A stretch of 64,000 bases of DNA from Acidobacteriota bacterium (GTDB taxonomy: Bacteria; Acidobacteriota; Vicinamibacteria; Fen-336; JAGNNV01): positions 2,184 to 66,183 of the forward strand of contig JAQBHL010000368.1 in the NCBI GenBank assembly GCA_032127745.1. The letters run 5' to 3'. The position numbers and the translations under genes are program-made. Below the pieces are notes generated by a model. The model was not told where the DNA came from and made no database searches. It was given only the letters and a program-made list of their open reading frames with translations. Below are positions 1 to 8,175 of the stretch, one piece after another (within the stretch, counting starts at the first letter, position 1; each line of letters starts with the position of its first letter).

Positions 1-369
1 ATGACCATCTACAAGGACGAGATCTTCGGACCGGTGCTGAGCGTGGTTCGAGCGAAGACCTACGACGAGGCGCTCAGCCTGGTCAACGACAATCCCTGGG
101 CGAACGGTGTCGCCATCTTCACCAACGACGGCGGGGCGGCCCGCCGTTTCCAGAACGAGGTCCAGGTCGGCATGGTCGGCATCAACGTGCCGATCCCCGT
201 GCCCATGGCCTACTACTCGTTCGGGGGCTGGAAGAATTCACTCTTCGGCGACTCCCACGTGCATGGCAAAGAGGGCATCCACTTCTACACCCGCGGCAAA
301 GTGGTGACCAGTCGCTGGCCCGAACCCCATCACCGGGGCGTGAACCTCGGCTTCCCGGAGATGAAATAG
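1..369 (+). CDS. mmsA: CoA-acylating methylmalonate-semialdehyde dehydrogenase, C-terminal fragment (5' end outside window)
   Basis: Translation ...FGPVLSVVRAKTYDEALSLVNDNPWANGVAIFT...GINVPIPVPMAYYSFGGWKNSLFGD... matches the aldehyde dehydrogenase/MmsA C-terminus. Stop TAG at 367-369. Confidence 0.8.
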   Translation: MTIYKDEIFGPVLSVVRAKTYDEALSLVNDNPWANGVAIFTNDGGAARRFQNEVQVGMVGINVPIPVPMAYYSFGGWKNSLFGDSHVHGKEGIHFYTRGKVVTSRWPEPHHRGVNLGFPEMK

Positions 370-389
370 CTTCGAGATGAAATAGCTTC
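358..389. repeat. Perfect 16-bp tandem duplication (GAGATGAAATAGCTTC x2) spanning the mmsA stop codon
   Basis: Read directly from the sequence: gagatgaaatagcttc gagatgaaatagcttc. Confidence 0.6.
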
Positions 390-402
390 GAAAGAGGCCC
401 GA

Positions 403-1227
403 TCACCCTCTCACGACGGCGGGCGGGACCGTGGGCCCGGCTTCGGGACTCTCGATGGCGTCCTTCTCCCTCAGGGCGTAGAGGATCATCAGTTTCTGCC
501 AGATCTTGCCGGAAAGGCCGGTGGTCACGCTCTCGACCTCGTTGACGGCCTGAAGAGCCACGGTGTCGTCGAAGCGCTGGATGTAGAGGGCCGCGATCTT
601 CCCGGTCATGGAAAGCATCTCGCTGCAGTAGTCGAGATAGCGCGAGAGTTCGAAGGGGGTCATCGTGCGGGAGGGGCCCGCCGCGGTATCGGCTTCCCGA
701 TTGAGGACCCACTCGGGATCCTTGGTCAGCTGGTGCATGTCGATGACGTGGGCGATGGCCCGGAGTTCGTGAATGGATCTGAGGGCGCGGTTCCGCTTGA
801 TGCGCGTCTCCAGGCTGGCGAGAAAGAAGATCGCAGCCACGATCAGAACCACATCGTTGATGCCGGCTTCGAGAACCTGGATGAACTCGGAAAGTCGAAG
901 GCGACCCTGAGGCACCTCCAGGGTCCACAGGGTGAGCCCCAGCCCCACCACGATGAGCAGGATGAGGCCGCCCACGAGGACGCGCAGGGAGATGATCGGG
1001 CGCGCGATCCACTCGGAGGTGGCACCCGCCCTCGAGGCGATGTTCGAGAGCTGTGCGGCCACCTTCGAGAGGCCGGACTGGGGGAACCGCGCATCCACGC
1101 GCCTTGCCAGCAGGTTGATGGTTTCGGAGATCAACCGGGCGTCGAGGGTCGTTGCGGCCATCGACCACGAGGCTAGCAGCCCGGCTGCCCGTGTTCCAGG
1201 GGTCCAAGCCGAGGGGTGCGACGACAT
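403..1227 (-). CDS. Hypothetical membrane protein (2 predicted TM helices)
   Basis: 274-aa ORF with a hydrophobic stretch LRVLVGGLILLIVVGLGLTLW and a second one VVLIVAAIFFLASL. No recognisable family; true start may be an internal Met. Confidence 0.45.
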   Translation of the reverse strand: MSSHPSAWTPGTRAAGLLASWSMAATTLDARLISETINLLARRVDARFPQSGLSKVAAQLSNIASRAGATSEWIARPIISLRVLVGGLILLIVVGLGLTLWTLEVPQGRLRLSEFIQVLEAGINDVVLIVAAIFFLASLETRIKRNRALRSIHELRAIAHVIDMHQLTKDPEWVLNREADTAAGPSRTMTPFELSRYLDYCSEMLSMTGKIAALYIQRFDDTVALQAVNEVESVTTGLSGKIWQKLMILYALREKDAIESPEAGPTVPPAVVRG

Positions 1228-1319
1228 CGCGACGGCTCCGTCCCAAAACCGAACAGTCGGCCACCCCGATCGGGGAGTCTAAAGAATTAGATTAGATCGA
1301 GTTAGGGCCAGGGCGCGGG

Positions 1320-2528
1320 ATGGCACACGTCTTCCTAGTAGGAAGGAGCATGACCTTGCTTCCTGCTCCTTCCGTTCTGGTCGCCGATGATCAGGCCGAT
1401 GTGAGGACCTCCTTGCATCTGGCCCTCAAGTGCGCCGGTTTCGATGCTCATATGGCCGATTCTCCAGAGGCCGTCCTCGCCGCGGTGGCGCGCCGACGCT
1501 ACGACGTGGTGCTCATGGACCTGAACTACACCCGGGACACGACTTCAGGGGGAGAGGGTCTCGACCTTCTGCCTCGACTGAAGGCCCTCGATCAGGACCT
1601 GCCCGTGGTGGCGATGACGGCCTGGGCCACCCTCGACCTGGCCGTCGAAGCCATGCGGAGAGGTGCTGGAGATTTCGTCTTGAAGCCGTGGGACAACGCG
1701 ACCCTGGTGAAGACCGTGCGTGAGCAGGTCGACGCGCGTCGTCAGAGCAACGACCGCAACGCGGTTCGCGCCCTCGAAGTCCGCGACCAGGCGGGCGCGC
1801 GTCGGGTGCAGTCCCGGCTCCTGCCTCAGAATCTTCCCCGGCTCGCCACCCTGGAGTGCGCGGCGGAGTGCGCCGAGGCCGGCGCGGTGGGCGGCGACGG
1901 GTACGACTTCATCGATCTCGGCTCGGGCCAGTTCGCGGTCGTTCTCGCCGATGTGTCGGGAAAGGGGATGCCGGGTGCGATCCTGTGGGCCCATCTTCAG
2001 GCGACCATCCGCAGTCGAATCGTGGAGATGAGCGGCGATCTGGTCGCGCTGATGCGCATGGTCAACCGTCTTTTCTTCGCCGCCACCGCGCCCGAGCACT
2101 TCGCGACCATGTTTCTGGGCGTGTACGAGGAGAAACTGCGCGTCCTCCACTACGTCAACTGCGGTCACAACGCCCCCCTGCTGTTGAGGGCGAACGGAGA
2201 CTGCGAGCAGCTTCCCTCGACCGCGCCCGCGCTGGGAATGATGGAGCGGTGGACGGCGCAGGTTGGGGAGGTGGAACTGCGCGCCTCGGACACTCTCCTT
2301 GTCTACTCGGATGGCGTGACCGAGGCTCGGCAGACCGCCTTCTCCGGCGATGAGGATGAGTTCGGCGAAGCGCGCCTCACCGCCTCTGTGCTTCGCCATC
2401 GTGGCCTGGCCCTGTCCGATCTGCCCTCGGCCCTGCTGGCCGAGGTAGAGGCGTTCGCGGGGGGCGAGCCCCAGGATGATCGCACCATCGTGGCCCTGCG
2501 GGGCAGGCCCGAGCCGCCCCTGATCTGA
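1320..2528 (+). CDS. Response-regulator receiver domain fused to PP2C-type (SpoIIE/RsbU-like) serine phosphatase
   Basis: N-terminus has the REC fold (VLVADDQADV...DVVLMDLNYTRDTTSGGEGLDLL...VVAMTAW...KPW). C-terminus has PP2C motifs (GGDGYDFIDLG...LADVSGKGMPGAIL...YSDGVTEA). The start could be ATG 1350. Confidence 0.85.
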   Translation: MAHVFLVGRSMTLLPAPSVLVADDQADVRTSLHLALKCAGFDAHMADSPEAVLAAVARRRYDVVLMDLNYTRDTTSGGEGLDLLPRLKALDQDLPVVAMTAWATLDLAVEAMRRGAGDFVLKPWDNATLVKTVREQVDARRQSNDRNAVRALEVRDQAGARRVQSRLLPQNLPRLATLECAAECAEAGAVGGDGYDFIDLGSGQFAVVLADVSGKGMPGAILWAHLQATIRSRIVEMSGDLVALMRMVNRLFFAATAPEHFATMFLGVYEEKLRVLHYVNCGHNAPLLLRANGDCEQLPSTAPALGMMERWTAQVGEVELRASDTLLVYSDGVTEARQTAFSGDEDEFGEARLTASVLRHRGLALSDLPSALLAEVEAFAGGEPQDDRTIVALRGRPEPPLI

Positions 2529-2610
2529 GCGAGCGCCCGGTCCGCGAGGGCGTCGATGGCCGTCCCGGCTTCATTCCTCTCCGGCTCGATCGGCAGAGGG
2601 AGAACGGTCC
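2421..2610. repeat. Copy A of a ~175-190 bp imperfect dispersed repeat (3' end of the REC-PP2C gene plus ~80 bp downstream)
   Basis: About 85% identity to 8002-8175 on the same strand, with a 7-nt indel near the 5' end. Aligned by eye. Confidence 0.55.
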
Positions 2611-2650
2611 TCCCCCTCGATGCGGCCCCGGGCTGCTAGCCTTCTTCGTC

Positions 2651-3772
2651 TTGAAGAACGGAACCAGCCCGGGCCCGCGGGCCGATGCGATCACTCTCGA
2701 ACAGCGCTTCCTGCTGCGGGCCGCCGGGTCCCGCGACCGTACCGAGGTGACCGAGGCCTGGGCCAGCTTCAGACAGCTGGTGCCCGAAGGGAAAGAGGAC
2801 CAGCCGTCCCGCCGCCTTCTGCCCGCGGTGTGCCTCAATCTGGCCCGGGCCGAAGGCGGCCAGGACATCTTCCTCCTGCACGCGTACGCGCAGAGCTTCG
2901 GCGCGAGCGCACGCCTTCTCGCAGCGACCGCGGGGGCGTTGCGCGTCCTCAATCGGGCCTCCATTCCCGCGATGGTCCTCAAGGGTGCCGCCCTCCTCGT
3001 CGCCCACTACCGCGACCTGGGAATCCGCCCGATGTCCGACGCCGACATTTTGGTACCCGAGGCGCGCATCGTCGACGCCATCGAAGCGCTGATGAGAGAA
3101 GGCTGGCACGGCGATCGGACCCTCGCCTGGCTCCAGACCGAAATGCATGCGGGCACGCTGACGCATTCCGGGTCAACCATCGACCTTCACCGCCATGCGC
3201 TCTACGAAGCGCGGTACGCCGCGGCCGACGACGCTTTGTTCGCCGTCTCCATTCCGGTCGAGGTTGCGGGCGTGCCGTGCCGCGCCATGAGCGCCGAGGA
3301 TCAGCTGGTCCATTCCGTCGTCCACGGTCTGCGCTGGAGCATCGCGCCCTCGAACATCTGGATTCTGGACGCAATCACACTCTTGCGCGGAGGTGCTATC
3401 GACCCCGAGGCCGTCCGCTCCCGAGCCGAGAACCTGGGTTTCACCGTCCCCCTCCGGCGCGGGCTCGATCTCGTGGCCTCGGTATTCGGACCGGAGGAAG
3501 CGCTTTCCGCACTCCTCGCCCACCTTGCGCGTTCTCCCCAGCCGATGGGAGCTCGGGCGGAACACTGGTTTCGCGTGCGCGAGCCCGCAGGCCTTTGGGG
3601 CGCGCTTCCCAACCTCTGGTTCGCCCATCAACGGTCGGAGCGCCCAGGACGGATCGGAATCGCGGGCTTTCCCTCGTTCCTCACCCGGGCCTGGGGGCTG
3701 GGAGGGCCCGGCCAGCTGCCCGGTGCGCTCTTCCGCAAAGCGGCCAGGCGGTTGCGATCGACGGTCCGCTGA
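2651..3772 (+). CDS. Nucleotidyltransferase family protein (NTP_transf_5 / PF14907-like)
   Basis: 373-aa ORF with conserved blocks ...VLKGAALLVAHYRDLGIRPMSDADILVPE...TIDLHRHA... A paralog lies at 30914-32275. Confidence 0.65.
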   Translation: MKNGTSPGPRADAITLEQRFLLRAAGSRDRTEVTEAWASFRQLVPEGKEDQPSRRLLPAVCLNLARAEGGQDIFLLHAYAQSFGASARLLAATAGALRVLNRASIPAMVLKGAALLVAHYRDLGIRPMSDADILVPEARIVDAIEALMREGWHGDRTLAWLQTEMHAGTLTHSGSTIDLHRHALYEARYAAADDALFAVSIPVEVAGVPCRAMSAEDQLVHSVVHGLRWSIAPSNIWILDAITLLRGGAIDPEAVRSRAENLGFTVPLRRGLDLVASVFGPEEALSALLAHLARSPQPMGARAEHWFRVREPAGLWGALPNLWFAHQRSERPGRIGIAGFPSFLTRAWGLGGPGQLPGALFRKAARRLRSTVR

Positions 3773-3981
3773 GATCTCGCTCCCCCGACGCGGAGATGGA
3801 CACGCGCCTCGTCACCCGCTGTTCATCAGGCAGCCCGGGGCGAAGGAGAGGGCCTCAGGGACCGCTTTCGACTTCTCTCTCCCCGTCCCCGGCCTCGCCT
3901 GAAACCACCGGACCCTTCAGCCCAAAATGGGAGGCTTCGGCAGACTCACGATTAATGCGGGCCAAGAGGCTCCGCGGAGCA

Positions 3982-6324
3982 TCACGCCGAAGCCGGCGGT
4001 CCTCCATGCCGGCGGCGTGACCGCCGAGCCTTTGAAGACCGAACCTCGGGCGCGGCTCGGTTGATGTCGTCGGGCGGGGTCGGGGCAGGGGCTGAGGTGG
4101 CCTCAGTCGCCGCGCTCACCCTCAGCGCCTCGGCGGCGGCCAGGGTCTTCGCGGCTGAAGCGGCACCGTAGTCGCTGTAATAGCCGCTGTAGTAGTACCG
4201 GTAGTAGTACGAATCCGCCTGGAGATCGGCTGCGTTCAGAATGCCGCCTCGAACCCTGGCCCCCACCGCCTTCAGTTGGCTCAGGGCCGCGCGGACCGCC
4301 CCCACCGGGGGCTTGCCGGCCCGGATGACCATGACCACCTCGTCGGCCACCCCGCAAAGGACGGCGGCATCGGCCACGGCCAGCACGGGAGGCGCATCGC
4401 AGACGATGAAGCGGTATTCGCCCGCGAGAGCCCGGATGGCGGCGCGGAAGCCGTCCCTGGTCAGCGCCTCGGGCGTGGCCGCTTCGGGGCTTCCGCAGGG
4501 CAGAAAGTCGAGGCCCGCGAAGCGGGTGGAGCCCACACAATCGTGGGCGGGGGCGTTTGCGGCCAGGTCGAGCAGCCCCTTTCGATCCATGAGCCCGAGG
4601 TGCCGAGACAAGCTGCCCCGGCGGACGTCGCCGTCGATCAGGAGGACCCGTTTGCCGGTGGCGGCCAGGGCGACCGCGAGCCCGAGACTGGTGGTGGTCT
4701 TTCCTTCGCCTGGACTCGAGCTGGTGAGGAGGAGGAAGACGGAACCCTCGCCCGGATGGGCGGCGGTCACGTTGGTGCGTATGACCCGATACGCCTCGAT
4801 GAGTCGCGAATTGAGCCCCCCGTCTGTGAAAAAGGAGCTCATGCTCTCCGGATCGACCCTCGGCACCAGACCCAGGCACGGCAGGTGAAGCGAGGTGCTG
4901 ATCTGCTCCGGCGTGCTGATGGTTTCGTCGAGACCCTTGATCAGCCAGGTCAGGGCAACGCCGAGCCCCAACCCGATGGCCAGGCTGTAGAGAAGATTGC
5001 GGCTGCGCTGGGGCGAGACCAGGGGGGCCGGTCCCTCGGCCGTTCCAACCACGCGGGGAGAGAGGAAGATGATCTCGTCCGGTTCCCGAACGCTTCGGTC
5101 GATGAGCTCGCCGACCGCGCGTTCATTGGCGTCGCTCTGCTTCCGCATGAGCGAGAACTCAACCGCTTGGGGAGCCATCTGGCTCAACTGCCACTCGACG
5201 CCGGCGAGATTGCGGCTCAGTGAGGCCTCTTCCTCCTCGGCCATGCGGTGGTCGCGCTCGATGGTCTGGCGCAGGACGAGAAGTCGCGCTTTCAGCCCCC
5301 GCTCGGCGAGGGCCAGTTCCTCCTTCAGGGCCCTCACGTCGGGATGCATCTCTCCGAGAGTGGCCTGACTGCGCGCCTGTTGGGCTTCCAGATCGGCAAT
5401 CCGCGCCAGGAGCGACGCGATCTCGGGGTCCGCACGCACGGTGGGGATGGTCAGCATCCCCGGCCCCGCCAGTCGCTGTTCTTCTTCGAGCAGCACCCGA
5501 CGGGCGAGCCGGGCCTGCCGGGCCTGAACGAGCGCATTCTGGAGGCTCGCGAGCTGCTTCTCCAGGAATAGACGTTTCGACTCGGCGCCTTGAAGGCCGG
5601 TCCACTTGTCGTCCTGTTTCAAAGCGACGAGGCTGTCCGACACGAGATTCTTACGAGTCTCCACCTCTCGTTGCAGTTCAGCGCGTCGGATTTCCGCGAG
5701 GTTCTCGGTGTGCTTCTTCGCCTCGGCGACATACGTCTCGACCAGTTTGTTCACGGTCCAGGTCGCGACCGCCGGGTCATAGGCCCGGAACGCGATGGTC
5801 ACCCATGCGGTTTGCGCTTCGTTGGTGACCTGGAGCCGCGAACGAAGGGCTTCCACCTGATCGCCGATGGACACGCTGTGCGCTTGACCCAGACCCAGAA
5901 CAAACTGGACCTCCCTGCGAATCCGGCCCAACCAGGTATCGAGCCGCCCGCGGGCCAGTTCGGCGCTCAGGCCCGGCCCGTGGGTGTTGACCACGCGCAA
6001 GGCGAGTTCCGGGGACTTGATCACCGCCAGTTGCTCCCACAGGGCGACGGACCGTCTGGTCTGATCGACTGCGGTCTTCACCTGGAGCGTCGATGCGCCG
6101 TCCACATCCAGCGATATCACCGACTCGGCCTCATACAGAGGCCGCGCGCCACAGTTGTAGACGGTGGCCATGAGCGCGCTCGCCGCCACACAACCGGCGA
6201 TGAGCCGGCGCCGCCGAAACAGCACCGCCAGTTCGCGCCGCAGAAGAGATGGCTGCGAGAGATCTTCAAAGCCGTCGGTCAGCGAACTGATGGCGGGTAC
6301 GGGCGAGGGTGCCTCTGTACTCAT
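3982..6324 (-). CDS. Polysaccharide biosynthesis tyrosine autokinase / chain-length determinant (Wzc/EpsG-type BY-kinase)
   Basis: 780 aa. N-terminal TM, long coiled-coil periplasmic region, second TM, Walker A SSSPGEGKTTTSLGLAVALAATGKRVLLIDGD, and a C-terminal Tyr cluster YYYRYYYSGYYSDY. Confidence 0.85.
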   Translation of the reverse strand: MSTEAPSPVPAISSLTDGFEDLSQPSLLRRELAVLFRRRRLIAGCVAASALMATVYNCGARPLYEAESVISLDVDGASTLQVKTAVDQTRRSVALWEQLAVIKSPELALRVVNTHGPGLSAELARGRLDTWLGRIRREVQFVLGLGQAHSVSIGDQVEALRSRLQVTNEAQTAWVTIAFRAYDPAVATWTVNKLVETYVAEAKKHTENLAEIRRAELQREVETRKNLVSDSLVALKQDDKWTGLQGAESKRLFLEKQLASLQNALVQARQARLARRVLLEEEQRLAGPGMLTIPTVRADPEIASLLARIADLEAQQARSQATLGEMHPDVRALKEELALAERGLKARLLVLRQTIERDHRMAEEEEASLSRNLAGVEWQLSQMAPQAVEFSLMRKQSDANERAVGELIDRSVREPDEIIFLSPRVVGTAEGPAPLVSPQRSRNLLYSLAIGLGLGVALTWLIKGLDETISTPEQISTSLHLPCLGLVPRVDPESMSSFFTDGGLNSRLIEAYRVIRTNVTAAHPGEGSVFLLLTSSSPGEGKTTTSLGLAVALAATGKRVLLIDGDVRRGSLSRHLGLMDRKGLLDLAANAPAHDCVGSTRFAGLDFLPCGSPEAATPEALTRDGFRAAIRALAGEYRFIVCDAPPVLAVADAAVLCGVADEVVMVIRAGKPPVGAVRAALSQLKAVGARVRGGILNAADLQADSYYYRYYYSGYYSDYGAASAAKTLAAAEALRVSAATEATSAPAPTPPDDINRAAPEVRSSKARRSRRRHGGPPASA

Positions 6325-6391
6325 AAGGATCGTCGTGAGACGACCTTAGCTCAGGGAAGCGAGACCGGAAAACTTTCTGCCGCCCAGACGC

Positions 6392-7000
6392 CTAGTTCCC
6401 GACACAGGCGAAGGCCCCTGGACCGGTCATGACGGAGGCTCCGCTGCAGCAATTGTTGCCGGAAGCGTTCGCTCCGGGGTCGGTATCACACAGAGTGTCC
6501 ATGGTCGCCGCCGCCGTGCAGCATCTTGTGCCATTTGCGCCCGTCGTGCAGGTGCGGCCGGCCGTGGCGCACGTATCCGTCACACCGCCCGGGCAGACCG
6601 CACAGTCGGCGACATTGGATGCCGCCACCGCCGCCGAGGGGGCCAGAATCGAGATCACCATGGGCAACGCCGCGGCCGTGCCGAGACTCCTTAGAAGGCC
6701 TCGACGATCGGCCCGCCTCAGCGCGTCTCCATCCGCGACCAGGAGCCCGGCGCGTTCGAGATCGGAAATGGCAAGCTGCACGAGCCGGCTCGCTTCCTCG
6801 GGGTTCGCCCCACCCATCAAAGACGCCAGGGCGGCCGCCTCGGTTTCGCCTGAACTCGCGCGCCAGATCGCGGCCGCGCGCGCATCCAGCAGGTGAGCCT
6901 TGTTGGTCCGGCGATTGAAGATGACCATCCCGTTTCCCAACGCCTCGATGATTAGGTGAGATCCGGAGCACCGTTGAACTCGAACGTTTGTTGCCGACAT
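6392..7000 (-). CDS. PqqD-family (RiPP-recognition-element-like) domain protein with central hydrophobic segment and Cys/Thr/Gly-rich C-terminal tail
   Basis: ATG at 7000-6998 preceded by GAGG. Residues ~10-85 (HLIIEALGNGMVIFNRRTNKAHLLDARAAAIWRA...EEASRLVQLAISDLERAGLL) resemble PqqD. This is followed by LGTAAALPMVISILAPSAAVAA and then a 70-aa tail containing 10 Cys (CAVCPGG...RCC...NCCSG...ACVGN). Confidence 0.6.
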   Translation of the reverse strand: MSATNVRVQRCSGSHLIIEALGNGMVIFNRRTNKAHLLDARAAAIWRASSGETEAAALASLMGGANPEEASRLVQLAISDLERAGLLVADGDALRRADRRGLLRSLGTAAALPMVISILAPSAAVAASNVADCAVCPGGVTDTCATAGRTCTTGANGTRCCTAAATMDTLCDTDPGANASGNNCCSGASVMTGPGAFACVGN

Positions 7001-7131
7001 CTCGAAGGACCTCAACTACAAGATCTCCGGTCGCGAACCGGCCTGGAAAGGGACCTGAAACAGGTTTCGTGCGCTGCGACTGGAAAGATTTCGAGGGGGC
7101 AATCTATCCCACGTTCTTCTTCGTTCGTCAA

Positions 7132-7941
7132 TCACGGACCCAGGCTGAGGCAACCCGGATGGTCCCATCCCGGTACCCCATGGTCGTGGAAAATGACGTG
7201 CAGGCCGGCTTGGGCGGCCTCCTCCTCGATCTCCGCGGGGGCGAAGAATCGCGAGTGGTAGAGGCGGGCCGCCCCAGGGGGACCACTGAACCGGAACTCC
7301 TCGAAATCCTCCGGAGGCTCTCCGCCCACGAGTCTCGCGACCGCTCGCGAAAGCCGCCCCAGAGCCCTGGAGCCCGAGCCCGGCTTGTAGGAGATCAGGA
7401 TCACGCCCCCTTGCGCCGCCAGGACTCTCGCCGCCTGCTGGAGCGCGCGGATGCGGTCCGCTCGAGTTGGGATCAGGATGTAGGCGAGCCACGAGAAAAT
7501 GACGGCGTCGAACCGATCCGGCGACTGGAAATCGACGATGGACCCGGCGCGAATCACCGCCGTCCGCTCGGCCTGAGCCAGGCGCCGGCTCAACTCTTCG
7601 AGGGCCGGGGCCGACTCATCGAGGGCGACGATGTCGTGATCCGCCCGGAGGAAACACAAGACATCCCGCCCCGATCCGGCGCCCACCACCAGCAGCTTCG
7701 ATCTCGGCTTCAGAGCCTTGGAATAGAACTTCTCCTCCCAGAGGAAGAGCCCCTGCTTTCGGCTCACGTGTTCCGTGGAGAAAGCAGCCCAGTGTCGGAC
7801 CCGCGATTCCTGGAGTTCGGTCGCGCTGAACGTCCCGGCGGCTACGGCGGAGAGGACTCGCGCCAACCGGCCATTGGATCTGATTCCGCCCGGCATGAGG
7901 GCAAAGGCGGTGGTGCGAAGTGCCATGCGAAGCCAGAGCAT
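7132..7941 (-). CDS. Class I SAM-dependent methyltransferase
   Basis: Rossmann SAM-binding motif LLVVGAGSGRDVLCF...IVALDES...DAVIFSW. Probably co-transcribed with the PqqD-like gene downstream. Confidence 0.75.
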   Translation of the reverse strand: MLWLRMALRTTAFALMPGGIRSNGRLARVLSAVAAGTFSATELQESRVRHWAAFSTEHVSRKQGLFLWEEKFYSKALKPRSKLLVVGAGSGRDVLCFLRADHDIVALDESAPALEELSRRLAQAERTAVIRAGSIVDFQSPDRFDAVIFSWLAYILIPTRADRIRALQQAARVLAAQGGVILISYKPGSGSRALGRLSRAVARLVGGEPPEDFEEFRFSGPPGAARLYHSRFFAPAEIEEEAAQAGLHVIFHDHGVPGWDHPGCLSLGP

Positions 7942-8001
7942 CGATTGGACGTTAGTCGATCAGGGACGCCGCGCCGCGCTCGCCCTGCGGCGGGGTCCGC
8001 G

Positions 8002-8175
8002 CTGCCCTGCTGGCCGAGGTGGAGGCGTTCGCGGGAGGGGAGCCCCGGGATGCTCGCACCATCGTGGCCCTGCGGGGCTAGGAGCCCATGATCTGAGTGA
8101 GCGCCCGGTCCGCGAGGGCGGCGATGGCCCTCCCGGCTTCATCCTCTCCGGCTCGACCGGCAAACGAGAGGGCCT
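8002..8175. repeat. Copy B of the dispersed repeat (truncated REC-PP2C 3' end fragment)
   Basis: The + strand encodes the remnant ALLAEVEAFAGGEPRDARTIVALRG*, matching the C-terminus of the 1320-2528 gene. It overlaps the 3' end of the minus-strand 8078-8998 gene. Confidence 0.55.

Noticed and set aside
2565-2648. 27-codon ORF (MAVPASFLSGSIGRGRTVLPLDAAPGC) directly upstream of the first nucleotidyltransferase, considered as a possible RiPP precursor
   Set aside because: Its conservation in repeat copy B is explained by coding on the opposite strand there. There is no leader/core organisation.
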